Source of the DNA: Catajapyx aquilonaris
Taxonomy: Eukaryota
Length of the DNA stretch: 64,000 nt
Reading direction: 5' to 3'
Assembly (NCBI GenBank): GCA_000934665.2
Contig: KZ538320.1
Span: forward strand, 1-64,000
This document shows, piece by piece, positions 26,611 through 38,778 of the stretch. Made by a program: the position numbers and the translations under genes. The notes under the pieces are model-generated. The model made no database searches and was not told where the DNA came from. It worked only from the letters and a program-made list of their open reading frames with translations. The first letter of the stretch is position 1. Each line of letters starts with the position of its first letter.

Positions 26611-27952
26611 TGTCAGCTACTACCGGCTACTACAGATGATTTTTAAAAATGAACTCAACACAGTTAGCGCAACTTATTTCCAACACTGAGCTTGAGGGGG
26701 TAACAATATGGCCAACTTTTGCGACGTTGCCAAGGCTCGAACGATAAAGGCTACCGGTGTGAATTTGGCCACTGAGGCAAGATTGTTGTTGGAACAATAG
26801 ACTTGCGCGAGTGTGGGTGCGCACTCGGTTGAGCTCGTCAAAAAATTCATATTGAACTGACACGTCATCATATTATGACGTCCTTGTCATCGTGAAGGTG
26901 TCCTTATGTTTCAATTAGATGAATATGCAAATGGCCATTTTAAAGTCCTTTAACAGTTAGATCTGCCCTGTCTGGCCAGGGGATAGCAGTAATATATTCA
27001 GAATCCTGCTGTCCCGGCATATTTTTTGAAGGGCCCTAATTTTCCACCGTTCCACCACCGCCCTCTACTTTTAAGGACGTGGAATTATAGGGTTGTCACG
27101 ATTTTATCATATGACGGAATTGCGGGCTTATTTTATGGGGCGCTTGGTTGCCTCCCTCCGTCCCTCCCTCTTCCTCTCCCTCCTCCCCACTCCTCATTCT
27201 CTGCCAACCCGAGCAGAATTTGCCGACAGGGATTATCGAAATTCTGTCAACGAAACTGCTATAACAACGTTTCTTGCCACACAACCAGACTGTTGTTGGG
27301 GGAGGATGGGACGGACCTAAAAAAAAGAGAGAGAAAATAGGAGGGGTCAATAGTGATAGACACCAGTTATTTTGAAGCAAAGCCAGCACGAGAGAGGCTA
27401 TAAAGCTATGAATGACAATATGTCAGCGAACAAGTGTCGCTATAGGGATGAAAAATTGTCACCAAAGCTCGACACATTCCTTTACCTGCTACAACAGCCT
27501 GAACTAGAACCAAATGAAGAGTCACGGCTGAAAAACCCGAGAGCCAACTTCCTAATTCCCCATCACTGTGTCGGGCCGTAATTGCCAAACTTTTACGCAC
27601 CCCTAAGAAGAAAAGGAGAGATTGCAAGACCACGTTTAAAAGCAAAGAAAAAAAGGGGGGAGTCTGTGTGCGAATTAACCCTTGCAGCTTCTCCTTCCAA
27701 ATCCTGGTAGCTTCATTATGCACTTCATTATCGCCCCCCAACCACTCTCCTCCACCTCTCTTCAAAACTTTCTAACCCAGAAAAGCAAAGTAAACAACAC
27801 GGCTTGACAAGCCAGCCAAAAAAATGACAACGCTGTTTTTCACAGCGGATTAAGCCTGGTCCTGGTTATCTTTTAAGTCCACCAATCAGTGTTGGCCTTT
27901 GGAAAAAGTTTGATCAAGTTAGACCTATGTCCAAATGTAGGGATGATAATTC

Positions 27953-28091
27953 CTACGCGACGAAGGGAGTCGGGGTGGAGGCGCGGGGCAGTTCAGAGAG
28001 CGCGTCCGAATAGATGTGACGTCAGAGTGCATCTCGCCATGGCAACGCCACAATAAAGTTCGTTGGCCTGCGCGCCACAAAACATACAGTA
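27953..28091 (+). repeat. Dispersed repeat family D, copy 2
   Basis: Homologous to 2099-2225, with an extra segment containing TGACGTCA (28017-28024). Confidence 0.85.
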
Positions 28092-28107
28092 ATTATTATT
28101 GCGCTTA

Positions 28108-28429
28108 CACGAAGAGGCGCAAACATTCGATTTTTGCGTCTCTCTGTTTGGGGCGTTGCCAGGGCTGGCGGCCATCTTGAAGTGTGGGGAACGCCAACGA
28201 GATATAAATAGGGTACAGGCAAAAATAGGGTCCCCATCTTTGATTCGCGCGTGTTCTTGCCGTGTAGTTGCCATGGCCGCCAAAACCATCAAAGATGGCG
28301 GACCCTATTTTTGCCTGTACCCTATTTATACCTCGTTGGCGTTCCCCACACTTCAAGATGGCCACCAGCCTTGGCAACGGCCCCAAACAGAGAGACGCGA
28401 ACATCAAACCGAAGTTTGCGCCTCTTATG
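28108..28429. mobile_element. Fold-back MITE with ~135-bp arms
   Basis: AAGAGGCGCAAAC...GGCCATCTTGAAGTGTGGGGAACGCCAACGAG...CATCTTTGAT (28112-28244) pairs with 28288-28426. TA lies at 28106-07 and 28430-31. This explains the mirror-image ORFs in the track. Confidence 0.9.
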
Positions 28430-29365
28430 TAGTATATGCTCCCTGCTGACTACATCCACAATCGTTGGTGCTAATAAGTAGCTGTTGATTGGTATGTCCC
28501 AACAACAACGACGATCGTGTGAACATATAGCTATTACATTTCCTGCAAAAACAATTTTGCCAAGCTTTAACCTGAATTTGCAAAAGGTGCGAGCTCTCAC
28601 ATGTCCAGCGAAGATACGATTAATTCAGGCTCCAGAGGTTTTGAAAAGAGAAGGGTGATGAAGCTGGGGCCTCGATTGGTGGATTAATTTTGCAAAATGG
28701 TTCCTGCCATCCCCGGATTTTTGTGAAGGATTGCATACCCCCTGGCGGGTACATTTTTTTGAGGGGAAAAGGCCCGGTTCGTCCTTTTCCCTCGGGAGAG
28801 CTTCCGACTCTGTAGGTGTGGAAATGGGTTGAAAGCCTGTCCCCACAGGTTCCTTTGAATCGCATTCATTCTGGATTTTGCAATCTGTGCAAATGAAACG
28901 CTATTCCGCACCCACGTCCCACCCACCGCGTCCTTTATCTTTATGCACAGTTTTGCACCCGAATGCTGCTCGACTTTCCCTTAGCTTTTCCCCCTGACCT
29001 GATGGAGTTCCCCTGCCCTGCACACTTCAGTTCAAAACGTCCGGCGCAGGGACTTTTCAGGATAGGGATGTATTAGCACCGGACGAGCCGAGTTTTTCGC
29101 CCCAAAAAAAGAAATTACGGGGGCTTTCCAGGCTTATCTGGACACGTCCAGGGAGATAAGCGGGGTTGCCACTTTTGTCCGGACGAAATTGGACCGCTTT
29201 GTGGCCGGTTATGTCGAGCAATTTGTGTTTGTTGTGGACGTGTCTGCTGGGGGTGAGAGGATGGGCCAAAGGGACGTTTGGGACGGGACATGTCCGGTGC
29301 CAAAATTGTGGCGAATTTCAACAGTGTGCGAGAGTTGATTTTTTTCGTGGAAGTTAAGGACATGT

Positions 29366-29400
29366 TGACTAATTATAGCGTTTCCTCTTTTTAGGTAAGT
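29366..29400 (+). promoter_or_regulatory. Putative recursive splice site (ratchet point)
   Basis: Branch-like TGACTAAT (29366-73), pyrimidine tract TTTCCTCTTTTT (29381-92), AG (29393-94), immediately followed by the perfect donor GTAAGT (29395-400). Confidence 0.7.
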
Positions 29401-30757
29401 GTTCCTCCAGTTCTGCTCATTTTGATTGGGATATGTCCGCAGAATGTAAGTACAGATTTCGAATTATAAGTGACATTGCTCCGTCCGTTAGATGGCAACC
29501 GTAGCTAACGCCATCTCGTGAGTCGAACTTTCCAATTGCGACTCAATACAGTTTGAGGTCTCAGTTGCGATGTCTTCCGGACTCTTTTCTAATCTGGCGA
29601 CTGCTGAACCCTGGATAGACCGTCACCCAATGGCTGCTTAAGAATGCCAAAGGGCAAGTAGCAGGCTGGTTGTTGCGAGAAGCCTCGCCTGAACATCCAG
29701 AATGCGATAATTATGCCATTTCCAGCCCCCGACTCTGGAATACACAGTAGCGTTCCCCCCTATTGCCTCTCTCTGGAGAGGGGAGGGAAATGAACCCATG
29801 GGAAGGTTGTTGGCAGGGGGAGGTGGTAGAAGGAAGAGGGCTTTGAGCCTGTCACGTGTTGCATTAGAATTTGTCCCAATGGGACCCAATTCGAAAAGCA
29901 GGGTTCCATCCATCATGCAATGGATGTGAAATGACGAAAAGCAATACATCCCCTGGTGGGTCGCCCTGTGACACCCAGCAAGTTTTTCAGGTGCTAATTA
30001 CATTACCGAGTGTATCCGCAGCATTTTAATCGACTAGTAAAGCTCAAGACCTAAAGACAGGCGTCTGAACGCACCCTGAAACCACTCCCACCGGATTGAC
30101 GTCACTCTGCTGCACCTGGAGCCATCTACTGGCTTAACATTTCCTCTCCGCAACAATAGCCCTATTAAAACCGCGCAATCTTGTTAACTGAGGCAGGTTG
30201 GCCAACTGCAACAACCAGGCCGTTTGGCCTTTATTCCAGGCCACAAAGGGGGGAAGGTTCGCAAACTGCTTTTCTCATAGTAATGCTGGGTCTCCCTCCG
30301 TCTCCTCCATAATGGCCAACTTGAGATGAATAAGACGAGTCAGATGCCTGGAGCTGATTAATGAGATACGTCTCCATATTGGAGCACTTGAGGCGGATGG
30401 GGGAAGTTTGACCTGCCCAATTTCTGAGGCGGGCCATCCAACTTGTGGGTGTGCCGCAAAAGAGCTGTGCCCCTGGAAAAGGTAATCCATCATCCAGAAT
30501 TGACAGGGAATCCTTTTTCGAGCACTGTCAATACAATGCGGCGGCAGCTTGTTCGCCTTCCTGCCTTTACTTTTACCGGCCCCCGTTCATGGAGCCGAAT
30601 AACTGCCGATTTTATACGACCGGTTTTGCGACACTGTTCGTGATTAATGGGGGTTTTCGTCAGGTCGGTTTTCGCCCGGGTTCACACTATATACCGTCGC
30701 TGGATCATTGCAGTTGTGGGATTCACCAATCAGAACAAGGCTTCATTGCTCCGTTGG

Positions 30758-31096
30758 AATAGCGACTTCATGTGCAATAATCGAAAAATCGATCTTATGT
30801 GCAATATACATCATCGATAAATCGCGAGATTGATCCCATATGTTATGTATCGAAATATCTCCCTCGTGTGCAATCGACTTGATGTCGATATTTCGATATA
30901 TCAGGTTGAATAAATTTCTCGACATATCGCGCATGAGGTCGATATGTCGCATGCGAGGTCGATATGTCGATATATTGCACATAATGTAGATTTTTCGATT
31001 ATTGCGCATGAGGTCGATATGTCACGTGCGAGGTCGATATGTCGATATATTGCACATAATGTAGGTTTTTCGATTATTCCGCATGAAGTCGATATT
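30758..31096. mobile_element. TCGA-rich MITE with a 75-bp tandem duplication of the right arm
   Basis: Left arm CGACTTCATGTGCAATAATCGAAAAATC..TTATGTGCAATATA pairs with TATATTGCACATAA..TTTTTCGATTATT..GCATGA(G/A)GTCG. The right-arm unit recurs at 30929, 31004 and partially at 31079. Confidence 0.8.
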
Positions 31097-34000
31097 TTTG
31101 AATTTTGATCGATATATTTAGTGACTGTTGATAATCATCATCATTTACTTCACGGCATAAATCCCGTGCAGGGGTAGCCAGCGGAGTCCAGGTTATACAT
31201 CTGTCCACCTCATATGACCGAGTGTTGATAATGAGACTTTTCAGTGTTGGTCAGGTTTTATTGTGTCATTTAAAATTAAAATTGCATGGTTTACCAGCCA
31301 GCATCCAGAGCAACAAAATTTTGAGGCACAGAAGCACAAAGCGATGTCATAAAGTCATTTCCACGGATTGAAACAATGAAGTCAACATTTCAAATATGTA
31401 TGAGCCAAACACAAGCACAATTTGCTGGGAGTGGGTGAATAATGGACAGTTTTTGATTCTTGTCCACTACCCCGTGAGTGGAAAGTTAGTTTTGTGCGGT
31501 TGTTTTATTTATTTATTTCTGTGGGAAACAACGGCGACCGCATCGCATGATCGAAACCTGCTACATCGAACGTGAAATTGTTACCCATTGTCGTGCCTGT
31601 AACTGGAGACGACAACAAAATAAAAATCCACTGCATTGTTGCCAGTGTGCTATCGAAAAATCGCTGGCATTTATCAAAATGTCACACACAGTTACGAGAC
31701 GCTGAATATGCATGTCATTACCCGGAAAAAGTGCATTGTCTCTCATTGAGCTGTTACACTGAAGAGTCAGGTTTACTGCCAGGAAAATGAATGCGATTGT
31801 TCGTCCATAATGCACATTGTCCGAAACCTTCTTGTAAACACATAGTATCTGGTGCTTCACATACTTTCTTGGTAACGCCTTGCTGTCTTGTCTGTGATAT
31901 GATGAAGTACAATGCAGTTTGGTCGGTGTCGGCAGTGGCGGCAATGCATCAAGTTTAAACGACGTTGTGATATAAGTAGGTGCCCGTCACCATGATGTGA
32001 CGCTGATGTCGAGTCCGCCTGATTTATGGGCCACCTCTTTCTCTACGGGGCCCATTGTTCTTGCCCGTAGATCGAGTCTGGCTGAGGAAGTGGGGCGGCC
32101 CACGGGCATGTTGGGTGTGATTAATATTTGCTAGCATAGTAGGTGTTGGTAATTACTCAGACAAACTTGTAGAGCGAAGGAGAACTTTAAGAGTAGGGCT
32201 CATGAGCATTAATCAAAGCGGATACAGCCAGCGATATTTCCATCGCCTTGGCCGCCATTTTTTTAAATTAAGGTTTGGATGGATGCATACCTGCCAGGAT
32301 ACTTTTGAAGCTCATTTTCTCCACAACGAGGCTGCGTAGACCAAATAGCACCTCTACATAAAATGATCATTAGGAGCCATTGAGTTCATCCTGCACGTTT
32401 ACAATCAATATGAAACACCTTGCATGTGCTGCGTGGAAATTTTTAGATCCTGTCATATGCTGGAGATCCAGGGGAGGAAACTGCTGGGATTTTAGAACCA
32501 GTGCTTTAGAGCGTTGGAGGGATGGAGAGAGAGAGAATGTTGTTTGGGTTTCTCTTTCGGGTCTGGTTTCGTAGCCCCGGGGCCGATATGGGATGTGGCA
32601 GTGTGTTTACCTCGTCTTCTCCTTTCATCGCTACCGCGCATTTAATCCTATTGCACCGGCTCTCAGCTCCTGCTAATCTGGTTATTCAATGGCAAAAGTG
32701 GGAGAGAGAGCCCAGGCTTGGATGGGGAAGAGGAAGAGACCTGATTTTTTTCCCTCCCATCTTCTCTTTTTTTTCTCCCTCAGCTCTACTCGAGGGGATG
32801 TTGAAGCAAGTGTTTTTCAGGGACGTACAGGAAGAGAGTGAGGCTTGAGCCGATTATGGCGCCGTAGATTTTTGGGGGGTAGTCTGAAGGCTGTGTGCAT
32901 TGACGGGACGTGAACGAAAAAGTAGCACACCCAAAGTACGCCCAATTTTCACTTCTGGAGTAAGCAGGACGTGTAAAAGCTCCTGAAAATGTGCATGAAC
33001 ACATAAACACCATTGGTTGAATTCAGAGAAGCTGTTTAATTAAACGCTACTTTTAACCGTCAAATTTGGTGAATGTGCGTAACACTTTGTGGATTTGAGA
33101 GTGGACACTAGTGTTGCAGGACTGTACCGACAGGAAACCGTAGCTTTGTATGACACACTACAGTGCCATGATTCCTGCGGTTGCGACTTGCGTTATTAAA
33201 TCACGATCTCTCACCTCTGAGCTCATGTTTAATGACTATTCAGTCTGTGACGCACCGGTCGTGTTACAGTGTTGCTAAGCCATAGAGACACCAAATAATA
33301 GATCATCTGATTACACTTCAAAGTGTTTGCATCAAACAAAAGTATACTGCATTTAATGTGAACATTCATTAGGCCGGTAATTTTCCACCTTGCACTGCTA
33401 GCAGCCAATCTATTTGGGACTTTGTAAGTGGCTCCTGTGAGAACATTTAAGTCTGAACCTTTTTTTGTGTGTGTGTGTGTCCGGAACAATTTCTTTTCTT
33501 TCTCCTTGCGAAAAGTCTCACCTGTGGCGCCATTCGAGTCCGATCCGGCCCCTATTTGTCTTACGACTGTAACTGTCCAAGATGGAGGAAGGCCCTTAAT
33601 CTAGACACCCTCCTACCCTTTTCCTCTATCCCCCCTTTTGCAGTTGACTTATTGGCCCAATTCTGGGTCGGAGAACTGGTCTATTAGCTAATTAAACCTG
33701 ATACCCCTCCTTCTGGCAGGAAGGGGGGTTTAATCGAGTTGCCTTTCTCCCTTTTTGCACGCCGACTTTGCTGGTTACACTTAAGAGGCCTGATTAGCAC
33801 AGGAATTGTTAAGTGGATGCGGATGCCAAGTGTCTCTTTGGCGCCCAAAAACCCCCTGCAACTTTGGCATGGGACGTGGAGGATACGGATGCAAGTTTGC
33901 ACCTAAGACAGGTTGTAATATGATGCAACGATGGTGCCAAGTACTGGGTGTAAAATTCGATGCAAAAAGCGATCTGTTTGCACATAATAACTATAGGGTT

Positions 34001-35258
34001 AACCACGCTGGAAAGCTCTGCGCGGTCCGGCCATATTGGATAGTGACGTAAATTGTGACGTCATCAACTGCTGGATGCGGCCATGTTGGATTTAGCTAAT
34101 GACGTCATTAATTTCAAGATGGCGATCCGTTTCAATTTCGCCTTTTGCTGAAGACTCTTGATGACTGAGGGATTAGGACAGGAAGGAGGTTGAATGATTG
34201 GTTGCCAGATGTGGAGATTCCTGCATTCATTAGTCCCTGTCGGATTAAAGCCCGCCCCCGATTAGTTTCACGGTGCCAGGGTCCCCTTTTCCGGGTAAGG
34301 CGGAAATCCCTGTGGGATGCGACCAACTACTGGGACGCCTGGTTTCTAACTGAAAATTGGGACACACTCCTGGACTTGGCTGCCGGATTGGGAGAGGTTT
34401 AATCTCTGACTCTTTGATACCCCCGAGAGCCAGCTTAGGAGGCTTGACCTTTGTGTTACGTTTTTCTTTCTTCTAGAAAAAAAAAGCTGGGGGGTATAAC
34501 AGGATTGCGCGTAATTTCGCCAAAAATCCCTCGCAATTGTAATGCAAATAGGGATTTATTGCTGGGGCCTGTAGGTTTCAATTTAGTGGTGCCTTGTGCT
34601 GAGTGTGTACTTAGAGGAAAGATATAGTGTAATCCCTTCCAATTCGTCAATCAGCCTCCCTCTTCCAGTCTTCTGTTTTTTGCAAACCATCAGTGCTAAT
34701 TCCGCTTTTTTATGAGGTACCCAGCATCAATCAAGAGGTCCTGCCTTGCTCCTAAAATTACGTTCCTACTCGGGAAAGACAAGAAGTTTGTAGGCCGGTT
34801 GCTCTGATGAAAAGGGGGGTTGGCTTTCCTCCTCTCTCCACCCCTCTTTCTTGCTTCTCCGCCTCTCCCCACCAACTATTACTCTACTCGTATTATTGTA
34901 AGGGAAACGGACCGTTAATTGCATCTGTGACGGTCGAGTGAAGAGCACGCCGACTAATTAAGGCGCCTTTGAGGGCCCAGGGGTAGCTCCGGGCACACGT
35001 AGCAGGAAGGATATTTGGAAACATATTTCCTTTGCTCCGACGCCACTGTTCCGCCTGGCCTAACATGCTCTGTCCAAAATCGCGAGCTCGTTTTAGGACC
35101 TTAAAGGGGGTTGACTCTTAAGTGGCGGCAAAAGTGTAGAATGACCGCTAGATGGCAGGATCTGAACAGGTCGGACGGTAGATGGCGGGATGTGCTTCGG
35201 TTGGTTAGGGAAAGGGTCGCTAGACGGCAGAGTTTAGCTATTCCATGACAGCTTATAT

Positions 35259-35442
35259 TTTTGGACGCCACGTTTTGCTCTTTGAAAATTTATAACGAAT
35301 TCATGCACTTTGAGGCGACTAATGATGGTGTTCAAAAGGTTGGCTATAATAGCCAATTTCAATATTTTAAACACCATCATTAGTAGCGTCAAAGTACTTG
35401 AATTCGTAATAAATTTTCAAAGGACAAAACGTGGCGTACAAA
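35259..35442. mobile_element. Fold-back element / MITE remnant
   Basis: ~78-bp imperfect arms: ACGCCACGTTTTG..TTTGAAAATTTAT.ACGAATTCA...CTAATGATGGTGTT against its reverse complement, with a central TTGGCTAT-A-ATAGCCAA hairpin. Confidence 0.85.
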
Positions 35443-37689
35443 TTGAGACCCTTACAGATAGAGCGGGCTGCATAATGGTCTCTATTTATTCAATAGATCT
35501 TGTTAAGAGAAGTCGTCTAGTCGTCCGAATAATCTACGTATGCGAACCATATAAACAAATTTAACTGCAAAAATTAACGACATTATGCAAAATTCATGCC
35601 ACTAGTTTGTATTTTGAGATAACGGCATCCCTTCCACAATACCAAAAGAAAGTCTGTAGAATTTAACAGCCTGTTAAAAAATTGCATCGATATCTGGCAG
35701 ACAAAAGCAGACATTTCAAATTTGAACATTGGGACCAAAAAATTATAAAATCATTATTGCCAATTGTTACTTTTAGCTAAATGCCATTAAGATGTCTCAT
35801 AATGTCACATTGGCACAAACTCGACATTCATGTTGGTGATTATTAATTTTCTATTATTCTTTTTGCCTGCTTTTGCCAATTTTGTACACGAGCTTCTGTA
35901 AAGGACACGAACGCTGTTTCCGCCTGCATATTTGAGACTCATTTGAGAAATCTCGATCTGCGCCAACATTTGGCGAGCAGAAAATTTAATCGTCGCTGAA
36001 AGGGACGGGGGCGGGCGATATTAGAAAAGGGCGGGTTTATTTCCGACGACGCCGTCGTCAATACTTTCTGGTGCTGTCACTCCGGACAAGAAAAGCTGTC
36101 ACCAGGAGTGTTGTCGCCTGCCAAAACCGACCCCACCTGCCACTCCATCTAACTCTCCAACCAGACATCATTCGCACGCTAAAAAAAATATAATATCGGG
36201 AAGTGGCGATTTAATCGGACCCGCCAGTATTGGAGATCGGAAAAGATCGGTCTAATCCGCTAATTAAAACAGATTGTGAAATATTCCCCCGATAATTTGG
36301 CTACTTTGGTTTTAAGACCTGGTTTTAGGACCGGTCCTTCTGTTGTGTGTTGAATTTTGCGAAGATGGCGAGTCTTCCCAAACCGCAGAGCATAATTTGG
36401 GGGTTGGCTGTGAGCTCAGCAGACTTTGCCGCACCCACACAAAAAAACTCCGGGACCAATTGTAATCTAGCCTTCTGATGGGCTGCGACATTTGGTCAAG
36501 CGGTGCAGAGCCTGGTTTCATCAGGGCTAAAATTGCGCGTAATATTCGCCAAGACGTTTTCATCTCCTTAATGGAAGGGATGTAAGTAGTGGATGTGCAG
36601 CAATTACGTTGTACGGCTTGCTCATGTGATTAATGAGAGTGCAATGCCAGAGTGGACTTATCCGCTCGGGCGTTGTAATCAACAGTTTTTCTTTTTTTGG
36701 CAATGTTTTTGGGAGATTGAGTCGGATTGAGTGCCATTTATGGGCTGGTAAAATTGATTGGGATATAATCGGGGTTGACACCAGAACAGTCTCAATTTCT
36801 TTGAAAAGTATTTCATATGAATATTGGAATGTCTTGCGAGATATTTGAAGAAATATTAGGCAATACCGTTCAGGAGCCAATACTGCGAATTTTTTTTCCG
36901 AAGTAAAGGATTTATTAGGAGCGAATAATATAGCCGCGGTTTAAATAATTGTGACTATATAAATTTCATATGAACTTCAGGGACATGAAGGGACATGCAA
37001 AATTCCAAGTGAATTTTCGCAAGAATCCGGTATAATCACATGATAAAAAAATAAGACCGCGCTCATCAGTTTTGTTCGCCTCGTTGTTCTCTATATATAT
37101 ACTCTTCCATCGTCGTCGACAGGGAGAGGAGAAAGTGTCATTAATCGGGAAAAGGTCCCGAGCCTTTGTCGCCCCTAGAACTTAATAAGCAGGAAACCTC
37201 CGCTTGCATATAAGCCAGTTTGCGAGAAGTTTGTCGCTTGTCTGTGTACAATCTTGAAGTGCTCTCTTGAAATTGCGGGGAAAGGGAAGGAGTAATCCGG
37301 GCGCGAGAAGAGCGATCAAGACCTGCTCTAATTATCTTCCGCAGTCACAATCAATTTCTCACTCTGCACTTCTTACTCTTCTCTTCCCTACCAAAGGCAC
37401 AGAAAAGGGGGTTAATGAGGAGTCTGAGCAGTTTTTTTTCTGTCTTATTATTATTATTATTTCTTGTCCTCCGGGATTCATTGCACAGGGTGTCATGAAA
37501 ATCGCAGTAATTCTACTATAACGTCGCTAAAGTCGACTATGTTGCTCCCCCCCCCCCCAAGAGTAATGTTGGAAATAAGTGAAACGTCTATTTACCAGTA
37601 CACCCATTATAATTTGATAATTCCAACCATGCCCGGTGCGCGAACTGGGGTGCACACACGGTTTCGTTCGTAGACAAATTTATCTACAG

Positions 37690-37915
37690 CAGGACTTTCC
37701 AAACTGTGGGTCGTGAACATAATATTTGGGTCGCGAGGGAGGGTAAGAAATTATTTTTGCAACTGATTTTATCTCTCTAGAAATATATGCCCATAAACGA
37801 GAAGATGCATTCATTTAACGATTATTGTCATTGACTATCACTGGGTAGGGTTGAATTGGAATTTCACGAGACGATTTTCTGGGTTCGCCAACGAAAAAAA
37901 TATTGGGAAGTACTG
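37690..37915. mobile_element. hAT (Charlie-like) MITE
   Basis: Termini CAGGACTTTCCAAACTGTGGGTCG ... ATATTGGGAAGTACTG. The 8-bp TSD reads ATCTACAG (37682-89) / CTCTACAG (37916-23), 7 of 8 identical. Confidence 0.85.
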
Positions 37916-38627
37916 CTCTACAGAGTTATGGTATACACTATACAGTATTACGATTTATTTGTCACACCCTGTGGCTCATCTCGAGATTTTTAATCAAGAC
38001 GCGGTGTCTTTGAAGGTTTGACGTGCATGACGACACAAGAACAGTGTGTCATTAATTCGGGCGTTGAAAAGTGAAACGATTTGAATCCGCTTTCCACTTA
38101 ACCGGGGGGATAAACCGTCGTGACTCAGCTCTTATTGGCTGAGAAGGTCCCCCCTCCCAAATCTTTGCTCAAGTAATAATTTGTTCCCCTTGTTCGAGCC
38201 TCGCTAACGAACAGGAAGAAGCCAAAGCCCCCTTTTCAGCACCATTTTCATCCGCGGAAAATCCTTCTCGCTCCCCAACCAGATTAAGTCCCCAGATTTA
38301 GTAGGGATTGACATTAACTGAGTATATCAACTTGAATCGTCTTTTCATGTCTGTTGCGGCCGGAATGAGAAAGGAATTGCGCTTTTGCAGGGGATTGGTA
38401 TTGCTCGTGTTTGACCGCGCGGAAACAACCTGCTTGGGCTTGTCGTATTGCAAGGTAATTGTTTGGACTGATCGGTTCGAGTCAGGTTGGTTTACACGGG
38501 GGTCTGACAGGCAAGAAGATTGCAATTATCGCAAACTGTGATGATTTTAAGCCTGATTCACATAATGCGATTTTTGGCGTACTATACACATTCGAGGGAT
38601 TTTTTTCTAATATGTGTTAACCAAAGC

Positions 38628-38778
38628 TTGGCAACACTGCCCGGCCAGCCTCCCACTTGGACATAGTACGATATGCCGCTGCCAGGTGGCACACAGACTC
38701 ACTCTCTGCACACTACCGCCGGTAGCAGGGGGAAGGTAGCAGTACATGCACGTTGGTGATGAGTCACCTCGCGGACAT
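38628..38778 (+). repeat. Family C cassette (CTCF-like + AP-1-like motifs)
   Basis: TTGGCAACACTG...CACTTGGACATAGTA...CTGCCAGGTGGCAC (38679-92)...TACATGCACGT.GGTGATGAGTCACC..CGGACA. Aligns along its length with 45984-46125. Confidence 0.85.

Noticed and set aside
28022..28481. Near-identical ORFs on opposite strands
   Set aside because: Artefact of the palindromic MITE.
29163..29315. Possible hAT-like remnant (GGGTTGCCAC...GTGGCGAA, GTCC-rich)
   Set aside because: Ends are too degenerate and there is no TSD, so it cannot be called with confidence.
31561..31944. 127-aa ORF as a possible transposase relic
   Set aside because: Only a vague DNA-tripeptide resemblance to the QDNA motif, with no other conserved motifs.
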